This document shows positions 37,292-51,327 of a DNA stretch of 60,349 nt, one piece after another. Source of the DNA: Chara braunii (Eukaryota > Plantae > Charophyceae); NCBI GenBank assembly GCA_003427395.1, contig BFEA01000017.1:1012875-1073223 (forward strand), given 5' to 3'. The position numbers were made by a program, and so were the translations under genes. The notes beneath the pieces are model-generated. The model did not search any database, was not told the origin of the DNA, and saw only the letters and a list, made by a program, of their open reading frames with translations. The number at the start of each line of letters is the position of its first letter. Position 1 is the stretch's first letter.

Positions 37292-37448
37292 CCAAGATAC
37301 CCAATAATCCCGAAATTTCTTAAGCTAAGGAAAAATACAACAAAAAGTCGGATTCAAGAATAGTAACCTTAGTGCCTTTTCTTGCGTGCCCTTTTGCGTT
37401 TTTTTTTTTTTTCCGTTTTTTTTTGTGTCGTTCTGCGTTTTTTTTCAA

Positions 37449-37571
37449 GGCTACCAGCCGGGCCGCCCGGGTCATGTTATTTTCCAGGGCGTCCCAACTA
37501 TAAAAACTTCAAAAAATCTTTAAAAAATTTATGTTATGCAGAAAAATAAACTGAATATTTATATATATATC

Positions 37572-37606
<35 letters not shown>

Positions 37607-37824
37607 CTATTTGTTTTTCGCTCGGCCGGGCAATTGGTCCCGGACCACTCTGGTAAACTAGTTATTTTATTTTTATTTTTCATTTGTTTTTCGTTTTTTT
37701 ATTTTTGCATGTTGTTTTGCATTTTTTTTTCCTTCGTTTTTTGTTTGTCGTTTTGCTCTTTTTTTTTCTTCTTCCAGTCGTAGCGTGTTGTTTTCTTTTA
37801 ATTGCGCAGGTAAAGAAAAATAAA

Positions 37825-37879
<55 letters not shown>

Positions 37880-38874
37880 TAATATTAGTATTTTGAAGTT
37901 TGCAGCTGACTGTTGTAGTTGGGGATTAAATCCGCGCATAGATTTCCGAAACCCAATTGTCGAATGAGATAACTGTTGAGGCAGATTTGGTCCCTGTGTG
38001 ATTTGGGGACCGTTTTTTGTCGAATTGTATCCTGTGTCAGGGAGCTGACATGTCTGGATGTGTCTAAGTGTCCAAACCCTAACCTTGCAGAGTGGAAAAT
38101 TGATCGAATGGCAAAAATAAAAAATGTGCCAAATAGCCGCCATGATGCATTTTGCAGCCTGAACGAGTGTGAATTTTTTTTATAAAAGTTTTTTATAAAA
38201 ATATTAAAAAACAACTATGGACTCTGAATCTTTTTTATTTTTTCTTGTATTCTTTTGAGCTAAAAAAATCACAGAGATGCAGGACTTTTCTATTGGTCGG
38301 CACATGGCATAGCGGTGAGAATAGAAAAATGACGAATTCGTGCCGTGGTTGTTTGACAGGCCATCCAGTTTTCACGATTTCTTAAGCATTCTTATGACCG
38401 TGAAAAAATACTGAAGCTAGGATACGTTTTCCATTGGCCCACACATCGAAGAGTGGCAAAAATGGAAAATGCACTGAATTGGCGCGAGGACCATTTCAAC
38501 ATGAAATTGTTTTTTTTTTTTTTTTAGATATTTATTGTAGATAGGTCAACACCTAATCTATGGGCCCTTCAATTTTCAGTATTTTCAATGCATTTTTCAG
38601 AGCTGGGAAAAAAAACTGAAATTAGGGTACTTTTGTCGGTGGCCCACACGTAGCAAAGTGACTGTCGCAAAAATGAAAAAGTAACCAAATCGGCACGGCA
38701 ACTATTTTAGGGTCAAACCTATTTTTCTTTGTTTTTTTTATATTTTTTCTAGAACGATCACGACCTAATCTACGAGTTTCCAAAAGTTCAGAGTTTTCAA
38801 GGTTATTAGTTTAAGCGCGAAAATCACCAAATTTAGGGTTCCTTTTAGTTGCGGGACTAGACCCGCTGGTAACC
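37449..38874. mobile_element. Possible non-autonomous TIR element
   Basis: ggctaccagccggg versus cccgctggtaacc; AT-rich, internally repetitive; no TSD found. Confidence 0.3.
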
Positions 38875-39234
38875 AACGGTCGCTGCCGTTCCAAAAAACC
38901 TCACCTTAACTCACCGGAGGCAGGTTTTTGGGTGGTCGGGGACAGGTGGTTTAGTGAGTAGGGGAGCAAGGCCCATGGTCTCCATGGGAGCTGAGGGTGG
39001 CTAATGGCTCCCCGGAAGCTGAAGTTGCTTCCTATTTGTTCGTGGGGAGTCGCGTGTGCTGTCAACCTCTACATTTTCATCACCACATCACTCTCCAAAT
39101 GTGAAAGAGACAAAAGTGTGGCTGGTTCATCTGGCCATGTTCTAGCGGAAGTTTCATTGTATATTTTGCACATTTCTCAAGTGGTGTGGCGATGCCGCCC
39201 ATGAAGCCTCTCTCTGTCTTTGTCTCTCTGTGTC

Positions 39235-39302
<68 letters not shown>

Positions 39303-40021
39303 TTCATTCTTTTTGTTTTGTTTCGAATTTGTAATAACGTGTTTAAAGCTTCGCAAAAAAAAAAAAAAGTACATCATGTCAGTGCTCACATGTAACACAC
39401 ACACACACATACAGAGAGAGAGAGAGAGAGGTCTGTTATGCTACTCAGCACTCTACATGTACGTGGACTGTTCTCTGGACCAAATGCAGCCGGACTGATG
39501 GAACACTTTGGATGCATCTTGACAATTACCACATTCAGGTTGATTTTTTTTTTTATTATTATTTTTTTTTTTCCTGTCCGGTCCTCTCCACTCTGTTGTG
39601 CGTTCCGCTACACCCCCTGCCCCTTCCATTCCCATTGTTTCCTTTTCCCCACTACCGTCCCACTCACCTATGTGGCACCCAAGGCAGCGGATCCTGCAGC
39701 CTAGGCCGTGGCCGTGCCACAGCCAGGCGGGGGCGAGCACGGGAGATCGGCGCGTGCACGCAGCCTGCGCACGCGGCCTACACAACCGAGAGAAATTCCA
39801 AATTCAGTAACATCGCTCGTGGCTCGATCTCGCACCCACGAACACCGACACCATGCCTCTACAGTTCCCGGCGGACCGAAGTCCCGAGAGGCAGCCTTCC
39901 CCGGCGCGCCACTGTTGACCGGTAGAAATGATATGCGGGCACGCTGAACGAACCCAGTAACGGGCGCCGCGTCTGTCACCCGTGGGAGGGTCACTCGGGG
40001 CTCCAACCTGCAAAAAATCTT

Positions 40022-42630
40022 TGTTTGTCAAGGCAACATCCAAGTTAGCATAACGGACAGAAACGGCTAACGCCTGAGGCTCTTAGGTAACCCAACTGAA
40101 AGGAACGAATAAAATATTTTATTCAATCCAAAATGATAGGGTTTGATTCACTGCAACCCGTCCCTGAAATAGGTGATATGTCTAAGCAAGGAAAATCTGC
40201 CTGTGTTCCCACCGACCGCAAAGACAGTCCAGGTTTAATCCTCCTCCTAATAGGGTGTTGCCTGTACCGGGGCCGTCGATCGCATGAGACGGTGCTCGAA
40301 CTCTTTGTGTATAGAATCGAGAGCCGATTGTGGCCACCGCTCACGATCGACTTTCACCATGGGGCGGCCTTAACACCTACCCTCCACAAAAAAAAAAAAA
40401 ACACGGTTCAGGCCCTGCACCTCAGTTCCAGCTTAGCTCCAAGGCCCAGTCTGCCCTTGAATGTCTCTGTCCGTCCGCGAATAAGCCGGATTGTCCCCAA
40501 AGTCCGACCTGGTTCTCCAATGCCCAACCTGGTTCAAAAACCCCGAAGGGCCCCAACCTCACCCAGAGTTTTGCTCTTATGTTCAAAGGCCCCGTTCAGT
40601 CCCTTAAAGGCTAGCACGCCGGTCCGTGCTCGATGACCCTACCTGTCCACAATGGACCCCACAGTCTCATGCCAATAAAATTCGGGTCTGTCCACAACGG
40701 GCCCCGCAGTCCGAGGCCAATAAAGTCCCGGTCCCGTAGTTTCCTAGTCAACAGAGTTCCACAGACCCATCCAACAAAACCATACTACCTCGTCTAAAGT
40801 CTGAGTCCGTTATCTCAAAGTCCCCGTCTTGGCCCAGAAGTCCCGACCTGAACTCCAATGTCCTGGTCTCTTCAAAGGACCTGGTTCCGGTCTCGTCCGA
40901 AGTTACTGTACCAGTCCGAGTCTTGTCCGAAGAGCCAGGTCTTGTCCAAAGGTTTTGGTCTGACCTAAAGTTTTGATCTCGCCCAGAAAATCTCAGCAAC
41001 ACTTGAAGTCCCCGTCCCAAGCCCAGGTCCCATCTAAAGTCACGACCACGACCAATGTTCCAGTACCTTTCGAAGCCTAGGTCCCGCCTGAGGACTCGTC
41101 CTGCCTGAAGGCCCCGATCCACTTGAAGTCACGACTCCTTCCCAAAGTTGCGGTCCCGCGCCCAAAACCCTGATCCGCCTGAAGTCACTGACTCAAAGCC
41201 CTGACCTGATTTGAAATCCCAATGTAGCCCAAAGTCCTGGCCTCGAGGTCCGATCTCCAAAAGTCCCGATTCTCAAACATATGGGCCTGGTCCCGAGCCC
41301 AAAAGCCACGCCTTGACCCGAGCCCAAAGTCACACCTTCGCACACATTTGAAAGTCTCGTTTCTCTCGCAAAGGTTCGGTCGAGGCGCACAAGGATGCAC
41401 GTGTGGGTGCAAGCGGGTGCACAATGATGCACACGACCCTCTTGCCAACACACGTGTGAACGTGCAAACGAGCGTGATCCCCCCCGTCAATGTGGATGCA
41501 TGTGCGGTGATGTTCAAGCAACGTGCATGGTCACACGATGATCTGCACGATTTCTTTATCAGTGCGCGCATGAGTGCGCAGGTTGTGCGCGATCTCTCCA
41601 ATCGGTGCGGGCGTGAGCACGTAGGGTGCACACAATTTCTCCAATCGGTGTGCGTGTGACCGCGACCTTCAAACAACGTTTACGGGCGCGCGACGATCCA
41701 CGCGATCTCTCTATCAGTGCGTGCGTGAGCGCGCAGGTGTGCGCGATCCCTCAATTAACGTGAGTGTGAGCGCGCGTGTGCACGGGATCTCTGCAGTCAG
41801 GGTGCGTGTGAACGCACAGGTGCATGCGATCTTTCCAATCGGTGGGCCCGATCTCTCCACGACGTCCTCCATTCGTATGTGGTCGAGCTCAGTGTGTGTG
41901 CGACCTCGCACAACGCTTTCCGCTAGTACGTGGTCATACACCCCTGTGCGGGATCACACGACATTCGCGTGCGGTCGTGCATACTCGAGCGCGGTATACG
42001 AGTGCGCCTGCTATCCCGGGATGGGGCTCACGTGCGTCTCTTCCCAAGCTATGGCGCTCATGCGCGCCCTCCCAACCGGTTCCATCTCCCGCTTTCCTCC
42101 CTCTAGCTCCTTTCTCGTCCTCAGATGCTCCTCCCATTGTTCGTACCTCTCTCAAGTTACCCTTCCGTCGGAGCACCTCCTCCTCTAGTGCGCCTCCTCC
42201 ACTGGTGCATCTCCACCGCTGGTGCCCCCGAGCCTGTACGTGCGCTCGTAAGTGTGCATATCGGAAGTGTCCCCATCTTGGGCCCGATTCGGTTTTTATA
42301 GTTTATTGAGCCCTTTTCGAAGTGTGCCTCAGCCCTCGCATGTTGCAAGGCTGCCGACAAGTTGCAGTGCCCCGGTACCGTGGCTCCCCCGAGCTTGCGC
42401 CTGGGCCCATTTAGGCCCCCGAAGGGTTTTCAGCGAAGGGAGTCTTTTTATCGGGTATCGGGCCTTTTATAGCGCCCTGGTACTGAGGCTCATTCCGAAC
42501 CTAGGCTTGGGCCTACCCAGGCTCTCGTGGTCCCCACATGAAGAGTGTCAGGGTCTTGTCAATTTCCGCAAGGCCTAATCCCAAAATTAATAAGTTCATG
42601 GTCCGAGGGCCCTTTCTTGGCCTTACAACA
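40022..42630 (-). repeat. Probable solo LTR
   Basis: tgtttgtcaaggc ... ggccttacaaca termini; minus-strand CTATAAAAGG at ~42463; GC-rich degenerate repeats; no TSD found. Confidence 0.45.
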
Positions 42631-43143
42631 GAAAAATTCCCACGAGAAATGAAAGTTGAAAAAACATTCCATAAAAAAAAAATCCTTGATATTTATAAAT
42701 TATCATTCCAATGTTTGTCAAATTCTAAAATTTTCAGTTTTATTTGATAAGTTCCCGTCTAAATATGAGCTTTCCCTTCCAACTACATCTATTTGTTCAA
42801 GATGGAATGAAAGTCTGGACGAGTTTATGAAATGTTTTAATTAAACTTTCATTCTACTACAACAAATATCTTCTAATTTAAATTGGATTAACCTATTTAT
42901 GAATGGAAATCCTTACTTAAAATGACAGTCCAATTAAAATATTTCATGAACTTATCCAAACTTTCATTCCATCTCTAGCATGTAGTTCAAATAAGAAGGA
43001 ATACCCTATTCTTGGAAGAAAAGTTCTCAAGTAAGACATAAAATTTTAAAATTGGAATGACATTTTTTTAAGATGGAATGAGAATTTGAAATTTAGATTG
43101 TAATTTTACTATAGAATGAATATTTAATTCAGGGAAAATTTTC
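42631..43143. repeat. AT-rich fold-back element
   Basis: 42801-42842 and 42932-42973 form a ~42-bp inverted pair; weaker symmetry extends outward. Confidence 0.7.
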
Positions 43144-43298
43144 TATTGTAGGCCTCGCAGACTCTCTTTCGACTTGACTTAACTACGTTGCATAGAGTAC
43201 ACGTACGGGGGATTTCCATACGAAACGTATAGGTCATTTTTGTACGGGATCTGTATGAGAACCAGTACGGAAACCTGTACGTCTTGTACGCCCCCGTA

Positions 43299-43334
<36 letters not shown>

Positions 43335-43620
43335 ATCAAAAAAATCCGAAAAGAAACATATGTAATGCAACAAAAAAAAAAAAGAAACCTGTACGTCTTG
43401 TATGCCCCCGTACGAAGAAGGATTTGAACTTTCGGTTTCCGTGTCCTCCCCTGCCCCCCCCTTCCCCGTCGTTACATACATGAAAGTGATTTGACTTAGG
43501 TTGAGGTGCTCCATTCTTCGAAAAGTGGGGTCCCGTAAAATAGAGAAGACTATGGCTTGGATCCCACAAAGCACATACCAAAAAATCAGAAAATTCCTTT
43601 AAGAGCAGGGTTATTGTCTT

Positions 43621-45872
43621 TCTGTCTATAAATCGTTTTTTGAATCTCACAGGGCCGGTCCTTTGAAGGCTATAACAAGAAGTCTGTCGAAAAACGATCT
43701 GCGTGCCAGAGACATGCGGATTTCTATTGTTTCAATCCGAAAAGAAAAAAAAAAGAACAATTTTCGGCCTGCCATCTTTTTTTGGTGAGGGTAGGGGGTT
43801 TGCTTCACTCCACGCTCCTCCACTCCATTTCACTTCTCTCCATTCTACCCACTCCACTCCACTCTCCTCCACTCTACTTCTTTTTGTACTCTACTGTACA
43901 GTACTATACGTTGCGATACTTTTATCTACTCACTTAGTCTCACTCTAGTTTACTGCACTCCACTTCACTCCACTCCACTCCACAATTCTCTACTCTACTC
44001 CACTCCACTCCACTGGACTTTCTCTACTCTTTTCTACTACACTTGACCCTACTAGGCCTTACTTGACTCTACTCGACTGTACTCGACTCGACTCTACTTT
44101 ACTTCACGCTACGCTACTTTACGTTACTTTGCTTTACTCTTCCCTACTTTAATCTATTGTACTCTACCCATCTCTACTCTATTATACTTTATACTACGCT
44201 ACTCTTATGTACTCACTCTACTCTATTGTACTCTACTCTCCTTTACTTTACTCTACTCTACTTTCGGATACTCTACTCTACTTAAGGATACTCTGTTGTA
44301 CTTGGCTTTACTCTTCCCTACTCTACTCTACTCATCTCTACTCTACTGTACTCTACTGTACTCTTCTGTACTCTACTGTATTGTACTATATGTTGCAATA
44401 CTCTTATCTACTCACTCTACTCTACTCCACTTCACTTCACTTCACTCCATTTTACACCAGTCCACTTCATATTTCGCTACTCTACTTCACTCCCCTCCAC
44501 TCTACTCGACTCTATGTCGTCTACGATATTTTACGTTTCCCTACTTTTCTAGACTCTACCTTTTCAAGTATTATTTTCCCTAAGCTTCTCTTCTCTACTC
44601 TTCTCTATTCTACGTTTCCCTACTCTGCTCTACTCCGCTCTGCTCCACTCCACTATAATCTACGCTTCCCTACTCCTCTCCAGTTTACTCTACTCCACTG
44701 TACTCCACTCTACTGTAATGTACTCTCCTCTCCTCTCCTCTCTACTTCACTCCACTTCACTCCACTCCACTCTTCTCCAATTCATTCTGCTCTGCTCCAC
44801 TCTCCTCCACTCCACTCCCCTCCACTCCACTCTCCTCCACTCCATTTGACTCCACTCCATTTAACTACACTCCACTCTACTCCACTCCACGTTACTCCAC
44901 TCCACTCTACTTCATTTGACTCAACTACATTCTACTAAACTCTACTCCATACCACTCCTAGACCACTACTTCACTCCATCCAACTGTACTCTACTCCATT
45001 CTTCTCGACTCGACTCCGCTCTACTCTACACTACTATACGCAACTCTACTCTATTTTGCTTTACTCTCCTCCATTCTACTTTAAACTACGCTGCTCTGTT
45101 AAAGTCAGTTTGAGCCCATTTTAAGTGTCATTGTAGTTTGTTTTAGGGTATGGGTTCATTCAAGGCACACCACTCTTTTCTACTCTACTCAACTGAACTC
45201 TACTCTACTCGACTTTACGCGACTCGACTCTACTGTACTCTAAGCTACGCTACTCTACTCTACTCTACTCTAATTTGCTTTACTCTACTTTACTCTACTT
45301 TACAGTATTATACTCTACTTTACTTTACTCTACTCTACTCTTTTGTACTCTACTGTACTGTACTATATGCTGCTCACTCTACTCCACTTTACTCCACTCC
45401 ACTCTTCTGTACTCTACTCCACTCCCCTATACTTTATTTTTCTCTACTCTACTCTTCTACACTCGATTCTACTCGACTCGACTCAACTCGACTTTACTCT
45501 ACTCTACTCTACGATACTATACACTTCTCTAATCTTCTCGACTCTCATATCTTCTACTCTTCTCTTTCCTAAGTTTCTCTTCCGTAGTCTACTCTACTCT
45601 AGGATACTCATCTCTACTCTTGTATACTTCAATCTAATACTCGACGCTTCCGTTTTCTTCTCGACTCGACTTTTTCCTACTCCTCTTCCTTACTCTTCTC
45701 TACTCTATGCTTCCCTGCTTTGCTCCACTCTACCCTCAGTTTCCCTACTCCACTCCACTATACTCCACTCTCCTCTGAGTTCATGTAAGCGGTCGGTATG
45801 AGGTCACTCACTACATTTCTTATTTTTCTGCGGGCTTAGCCCGCACCGCGCGCACTGCGGGCGCTTAGCCAG
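43621..45872 (+). mobile_element. Putative non-autonomous Helitron
   Basis: GC hairpin gcccgca-N10-tgcgggc (45839-45862), then CCAG|T at 45869-45873; candidate 5' TCTGTCTATA at 43621. Confidence 0.45.
43800..45775. repeat. Degenerate pentamer satellite (CTCTA/CTCCA)n
   Basis: ~2 kb of tactc/cactc units; source of the spurious YSTLL/HSTPL ORFs. Confidence 0.95.
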
Positions 45873-48800
45873 TTTATATTAGAAGCCAGGAACCGGCCCC
45901 GGCGTCCCTCACAAATGATTGTCGGCCCGACTCGGCCGTTTCCCCAATGAACAAGACATCACCAACCAAGTTCAAGGGGGCACCCCGTTGTGGGATTTTT
46001 TACCACGGTGACCCAGATAAAGGTCGCAGTTTTATTCAACCACTCAAAATCTACCAGTTAACTGTTACATCTATCTTCTCTCCAATTTGAAACAACCCTG
46101 AAAATACAAAGGTAGGCAAAACAAATGGATGTGTTGTCTACTATATCCTACCACGTTCCCACTATTTTATATATAGAACTCAGTTATCATTTCAACAAAG
46201 TCTATTGGCCTCGCTGCACTACTCTCGACATCATGCAGAAAAAACAAAAATCATGGCAATGCATCGTTCCATGTTTCTAGGGGAAGATTCACTCTCGTTT
46301 TGCACATGTCTAGAGAGTAGTGGAGAGAGGCGCTATGTCCCTTCTATTTTATATACTTCTTGATCTATCTTATTAATATCCAATCCCCACAGAATAAAGT
46401 TATCAATTCATGCAATCCAGTTAATGAATTAATCCGAACTTAGTCTATCCACATAATCCAAACAGTCCAAACAATCCCAAGATCAACACAACCCTGGCAC
46501 TCCCAAGGATCCAGACAAACTTTTTTTTTTTTTTTTAAGGTTGAAGATTGCTTGTGGTGTTGGTATGACCATCCACCACTAGCAGCTCAGCTACTAGCTT
46601 CCGTCTATTTGTGGGGAGCTGCACCTGCTGGAAAACGGGTCCAACGTCCCTCAATCAGGTATTACTGATACATGGTTTAAAAATAGGAAGTATTGGAGGT
46701 ATGAAGAAAAAGAGTAATGCCTCTTCAGCCAGAGCCTGGCCGCCAGATGTCCGTGGTTTCCTAGCAGCATTACCTCCTATAACCCACTCTGAAATAATTC
46801 TGAAATACTTATGCAGATATCTTCGTTGGAGATTGTGACCTGTCTCTCCAGACTCCTTATCTTTCCTTCATATTTCCTTGTCTCTGTGAAAACCACCTTT
46901 CCTATAGCTCTACTGCCCTTCAAGTCCGCCACAAAAATACCAGAAATAACAATGTTATTTATCTGGTGACACCATACGAATATCATTATTATCCTGTTTC
47001 GTATCCAAACCAACATATGGGGACCAGGGATAATGATGAGGGTGGGAAGGGATCTGGGAACTCTGATAGAGGGCGAAGTGGTACTGTTGGATCCACATTT
47101 GTCCAATCGTGGAATATCAGGCGGTAGTCATTTTGAGATCCTTTGCTAAGTTCTTCTCTGTTCTCTGTCCTTACCCCACTTTTTGGGATCTTTCCAATCG
47201 TGCCTCCTTGAGATCCCCCAAGCCAAGCGTCACTGAATGATTGTATATGTTGTTGGATTTATTTTTTATTCGTTAGAAATTGAATTTTTTCTTTTACTTT
47301 GTCTCATTGGGTTGTGATAACAGTTTGCACCTGCAGTTTAATTGACTCCGTAAAGTCTGGACCATCCAACCTGGTGCCCTCCCTTTCAAAAGTACAGCAT
47401 CGTTGCCAGAGGGCCCAGAGAATGACTCTTCTGGCGGTGATAAATAGGTTTTGGGAAAAATCATCTAATTGTTCTGGAGACCATGTCTCGCATAACAGGG
47501 CTCGCCAATCCCAAGGCCAATTTAAGGGAGTATTAAGGGAACTACAAATCTTGTCCCACCAACGCCATAACCAAACTGCTCCTGAGCATTGAATAAAAAT
47601 GTGCTCGATGGTTTCTTGAATGGTCCAAGATGGGACTGCGGAGGAGCATAGCTTACACCAAGGTAGAGCGATACCTTTCTCTTCCAGCGAGGTCCTATCT
47701 ATTAGCCAATCATTTGTGGGAAGACATTTATGGTCTATTTGCCACTGCAGGGAGATAATTTTTGCTGGTTTGATCTTAATAGTTTTGAACCACTTAATAT
47801 GTCTCAGATCATCCTTGCTTACATTTAGCTGTTTCATCCACCTGGTTTCTATTATGTCTTTCAATACCAGTGTAGGATTCAACATGCGATATGTTGATCT
47901 GACTGTCAGTGAGTGAATATTGCGAGTACCCTTTCTATTTTTGCCCAATGGGACGGTCCAAGACCAATAAATGGGATCTAAAGCTAATTTGTTGATTGCG
48001 CATGATGGTTTGAAGACCATCCAGCGGTCTTTGTATTTCAGAACTCTGATCTTGAATACTTGGTCAGTATTGAACCATTTGGTTTCCTTAGTTTGACTTC
48101 CAGTGAGCCGGTTTTTGTGATTGATTGAGAATAAGGACAGCAAGGTTGATCCCTCATCATTTACTAATACCACATTTCCTATTTGTTGGGAATTCCCTTG
48201 AATGCCCACCCAATCGCTTTCTTTCAGTTGTGGACCTTTTCTGAGGATCCTTATCCAATCTATCGGGATAGCTTCTATGATTATATCCAGTGATCTTTCT
48301 GTTCTTCTGCAGTATCGCAAGTTGGGCAAGAGATGAAAAAGAGAGTACCAATCCCGGGTTACTGGGTTCCAGATGCCCCGAATCCTTAGGACCCCTTTTT
48401 TTACCCAACCTCTCCAGGGGGAATCCATACAATGAAACATCCTTCCTTGTGAATCAGTCAACCATCTGTTGTTGTAAAAAGGTTGTTGGCAGACCTCCTC
48501 CCAACGTTTTGGAGAAATTTTATCAAGTAATGGTAGTTTGCGCCATGTCTTGAGGAGGTCAGGCCAAAACGGATAATTTTTTATGTCAATTTTTGTGGCT
48601 TGGCGATTTGGGTCCGCTGGCTGGCTTGAGACCCGAGTTCTACCTTTTGGAATGAACCAGTGACGATTTGCTAGCCATATCAACGTATATGTCCCCTTCG
48701 GCCCTTCGGGACTTCCGGGGCTAATCTTGCTATCTGTTCCTCAGGTAGGGCTGACCAAGGAGTCTCTGGATCGACAATTAATCTTTTGATCCATTGGATT

Positions 48801-49886
48801 GAGAGTGTCATGGCTTGAGTGGAAGGGTCTAAGATTCATAATCCTCCTTTTGCTTTAGGCTGAATAATTCCTTGCCAGACAAATCTATTTATGACATTTT
48901 TTAAGTCATGATTACCTCTCCATAGATAGGCTGTTATTTGTCTTTGTAGAGGTTTAAGCGTTGATTTGTCCAGTGGCCATATCGCTGACTTGCACCAGAG
49001 TGAGGCTAAGATAACATTATTTATTATCAGTGCACGCCCTATAATAGATGTTCGTTTGTCTTTCCAAAGTTTCAATTTGGTCAGAGCCGGTTTAGTTATC
49101 CATTCGTTGTTTCTTGTTGGTTTTCCATTTGCTGAGAGCGAGATCCTAAGCACCCTGATTGGGGTCTCTGCTGTCACCCAGTTGACATTTGGATACTCTG
49201 GAGGTCTGACCCCTTGATGGTGTATCCACCAGCCTTGCGTTTTTCTTCCCCAATTGATCTTCATGTCAGACAGGGCTCAAAATTTATCCATCAGACCGTT
49301 GATTGCTAACAGATTTTCGTGCAAGGCTTCAACCATCAAGGATAGGTCGTCCGCAAACAAGGAACAGATCGGTATGGCTTCTTCTGGGATGTAGCTAACT
49401 TGGATACGTTTAATATCTCTGTTACACCTTAAGCTAGCTGCTAATGCTTCCATAATGATGACAAAAAGAAAGAGGGCGATTGGATCCCCTTGTCTCACCA
49501 AACGTTCTAGCTCTATAGGCGGAGCAAGGTTACCATTTATCATAACCCTAGTTGAAGCATTAGTATGTAGGATCTCAATCCATCTTCTAAAACAAGGGCC
49601 AAAGTTAAACTTTTCTAGGCATTTGTCTAAAAAAGACCAGTCAACATGATCGTAGGTTTTTTCAAAGTCTATGAAAATGAAAGTTGCATTGTGCTTAGAT
49701 TGTCTAGAGAGTTTAACTAATTCATTAACTAATAAAATATTATCTTGAATGTTTCTTCCTTCAATGAAGCCCGTTTGAGTAGGATGGATGATGTTCGTGA
49801 TGACTTTTATTATTCGGTTTGCTAATGTTTTTGCCCCCAGTTTATAAACTACTGTGCGAAGAGTTATTGGTCTATAGTTACGTATG

Positions 49887-50846
49887 TAACAGGGGATTCG
49901 TGAAAATCTTACAATCGAAGAAAACCTAACATTTCTTATAGAATAAAAAAGTAAAAATGAAACTGTTATTTTTTACACAAAAAGAAAACGTTTTTAATCC
50001 TTTTGTGATAAAGGAGGCAAAAAATCAGGTGAAAAGTCCAGCGTTCCTCAAAATGTGCAAGAAAACTCTTCCTTGCAAAATGCTTTTATATGACTATAAG
50101 TCATTCTTAGTAGATTGACAAAAAAACAGACTTCAAATAGGGTAATTTTTAAGGATGATAAGACAAACTTGAAAGATGTAAAAAAAAACGTGTTTTGGTG
50201 AATACTCATTTACAGGACTATAAGTCAGTTTCCGCAGTTAGGTAAAAGCCAAGCTCTACACAAAATTATTTATAGGACTATAAATCACTTTTGAACGTTA
50301 CAATAAAACCCTTATAAAAAAATATATGTCATTTAAAATAAGAATACAAATAACTTTTGTCTCGGAGACACCTTGAAATTCTTAGCCAAACACGAGTTTA
50401 AAATAAAAATATAGGGGAAAAAATTAAAACAAACAATAAAAAATAATATATTCGCCCATGTATGGGAAACCATGTTCAAGCGAACGTATTCACGAACAGG
50501 AGAATATGTTTGCGCGTTCGGAAACCCCCCAAATGAATTCATCGTGCTACACATCTTATAAGACTATAAACACAATTTTTTTGGATAACAAAAAATCAGG
50601 ATATTTCAGTTCTTGAACCTACGGTGCTTCACCAGGTCGTGATTTTTTATGAAAAAAACCGTTTTTTTTCTCGCCCCGTCCAATAGTTCTGAATTTTTTT
50701 TTTTTTTTTTTTTTTTTTGCGGATATTTCACTTCACGTAGAATTTTGTTCCAGGAGGAGACCTGAAAAACGTACTATCATAATCTTGAATAAATTTCGTG
50801 CAAACCTAACAATTTGTTTTGTTAGGTTTTCACGAATCCTATGTAA
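49887..50846. mobile_element. Non-autonomous TIR element nested in the LINE RT
   Basis: ~26-bp TIR taacaggggattcgtgaaaatcttac / gttaggttttcacgaatcctatgtaa; removing it restores KVNIRNYRP. Confidence 0.85.
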
Positions 50847-50977
50847 TGTTTACTTTGTCTCCTTTTTTATATAATAGAGTCAGAACCCCTTGTCCAACTA
50901 TTTCTCCCATTGTGCCTGAGGCTTAAACTGCCTGGTAGAAATCCATTAGATCTTGAGCAAGATAATCCCACATAACA

Positions 50978-51327
50978 GTCATTTCGTCAAAACGGACATA
51001 TTGTATTTTTTGAACGAAATCAAAACTGACTTTTTTTGTCAAAATCTGGTCGAAAGTTTTTGCTCCTGGGGGTCCGGCGTTCCCAAGACGCCGGACCCCC
51101 TACATATATCTGGTCTATGGTTGAGACCAGATATAATTTTTTTTATTTTTTTTTTGTATCTGGTCTCAACCGTAGACTAGATACATGTAGGGAGTCCGAC
51201 GTTTTGGGAACGCCGGACCCCCAGCAGCAAAAACTTCCGACCGGATTTTGGCAAAAAAAGTCAGTTTTGATTTCGTTCAAAAAATATAATATGTCCGTTT
51301 TGACGAAATGGCTGTTACATGGTTTCC
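50978..51327. mobile_element. Palindromic (fold-back) MITE nested in the LINE
   Basis: Two ~165-bp arms with essentially no spacer; interrupts LINE ORF2 after GLPKEF. Confidence 0.9.

Larger units (their letters stand above)
31985..37365 (-). mobile_element. Head-to-tail array of a GIY-YIG (Penelope-like) element lacking RT
   Basis: Direct repeats 32010-33395 and 35010-37365 (excluding the MITE), two GIY-YIG ORF copies, intervening coiled-coil ORF. Confidence 0.7.

Noticed and set aside
44207-45801. Long plus-strand ORFs
   Set aside because: Translation of the pentamer satellite
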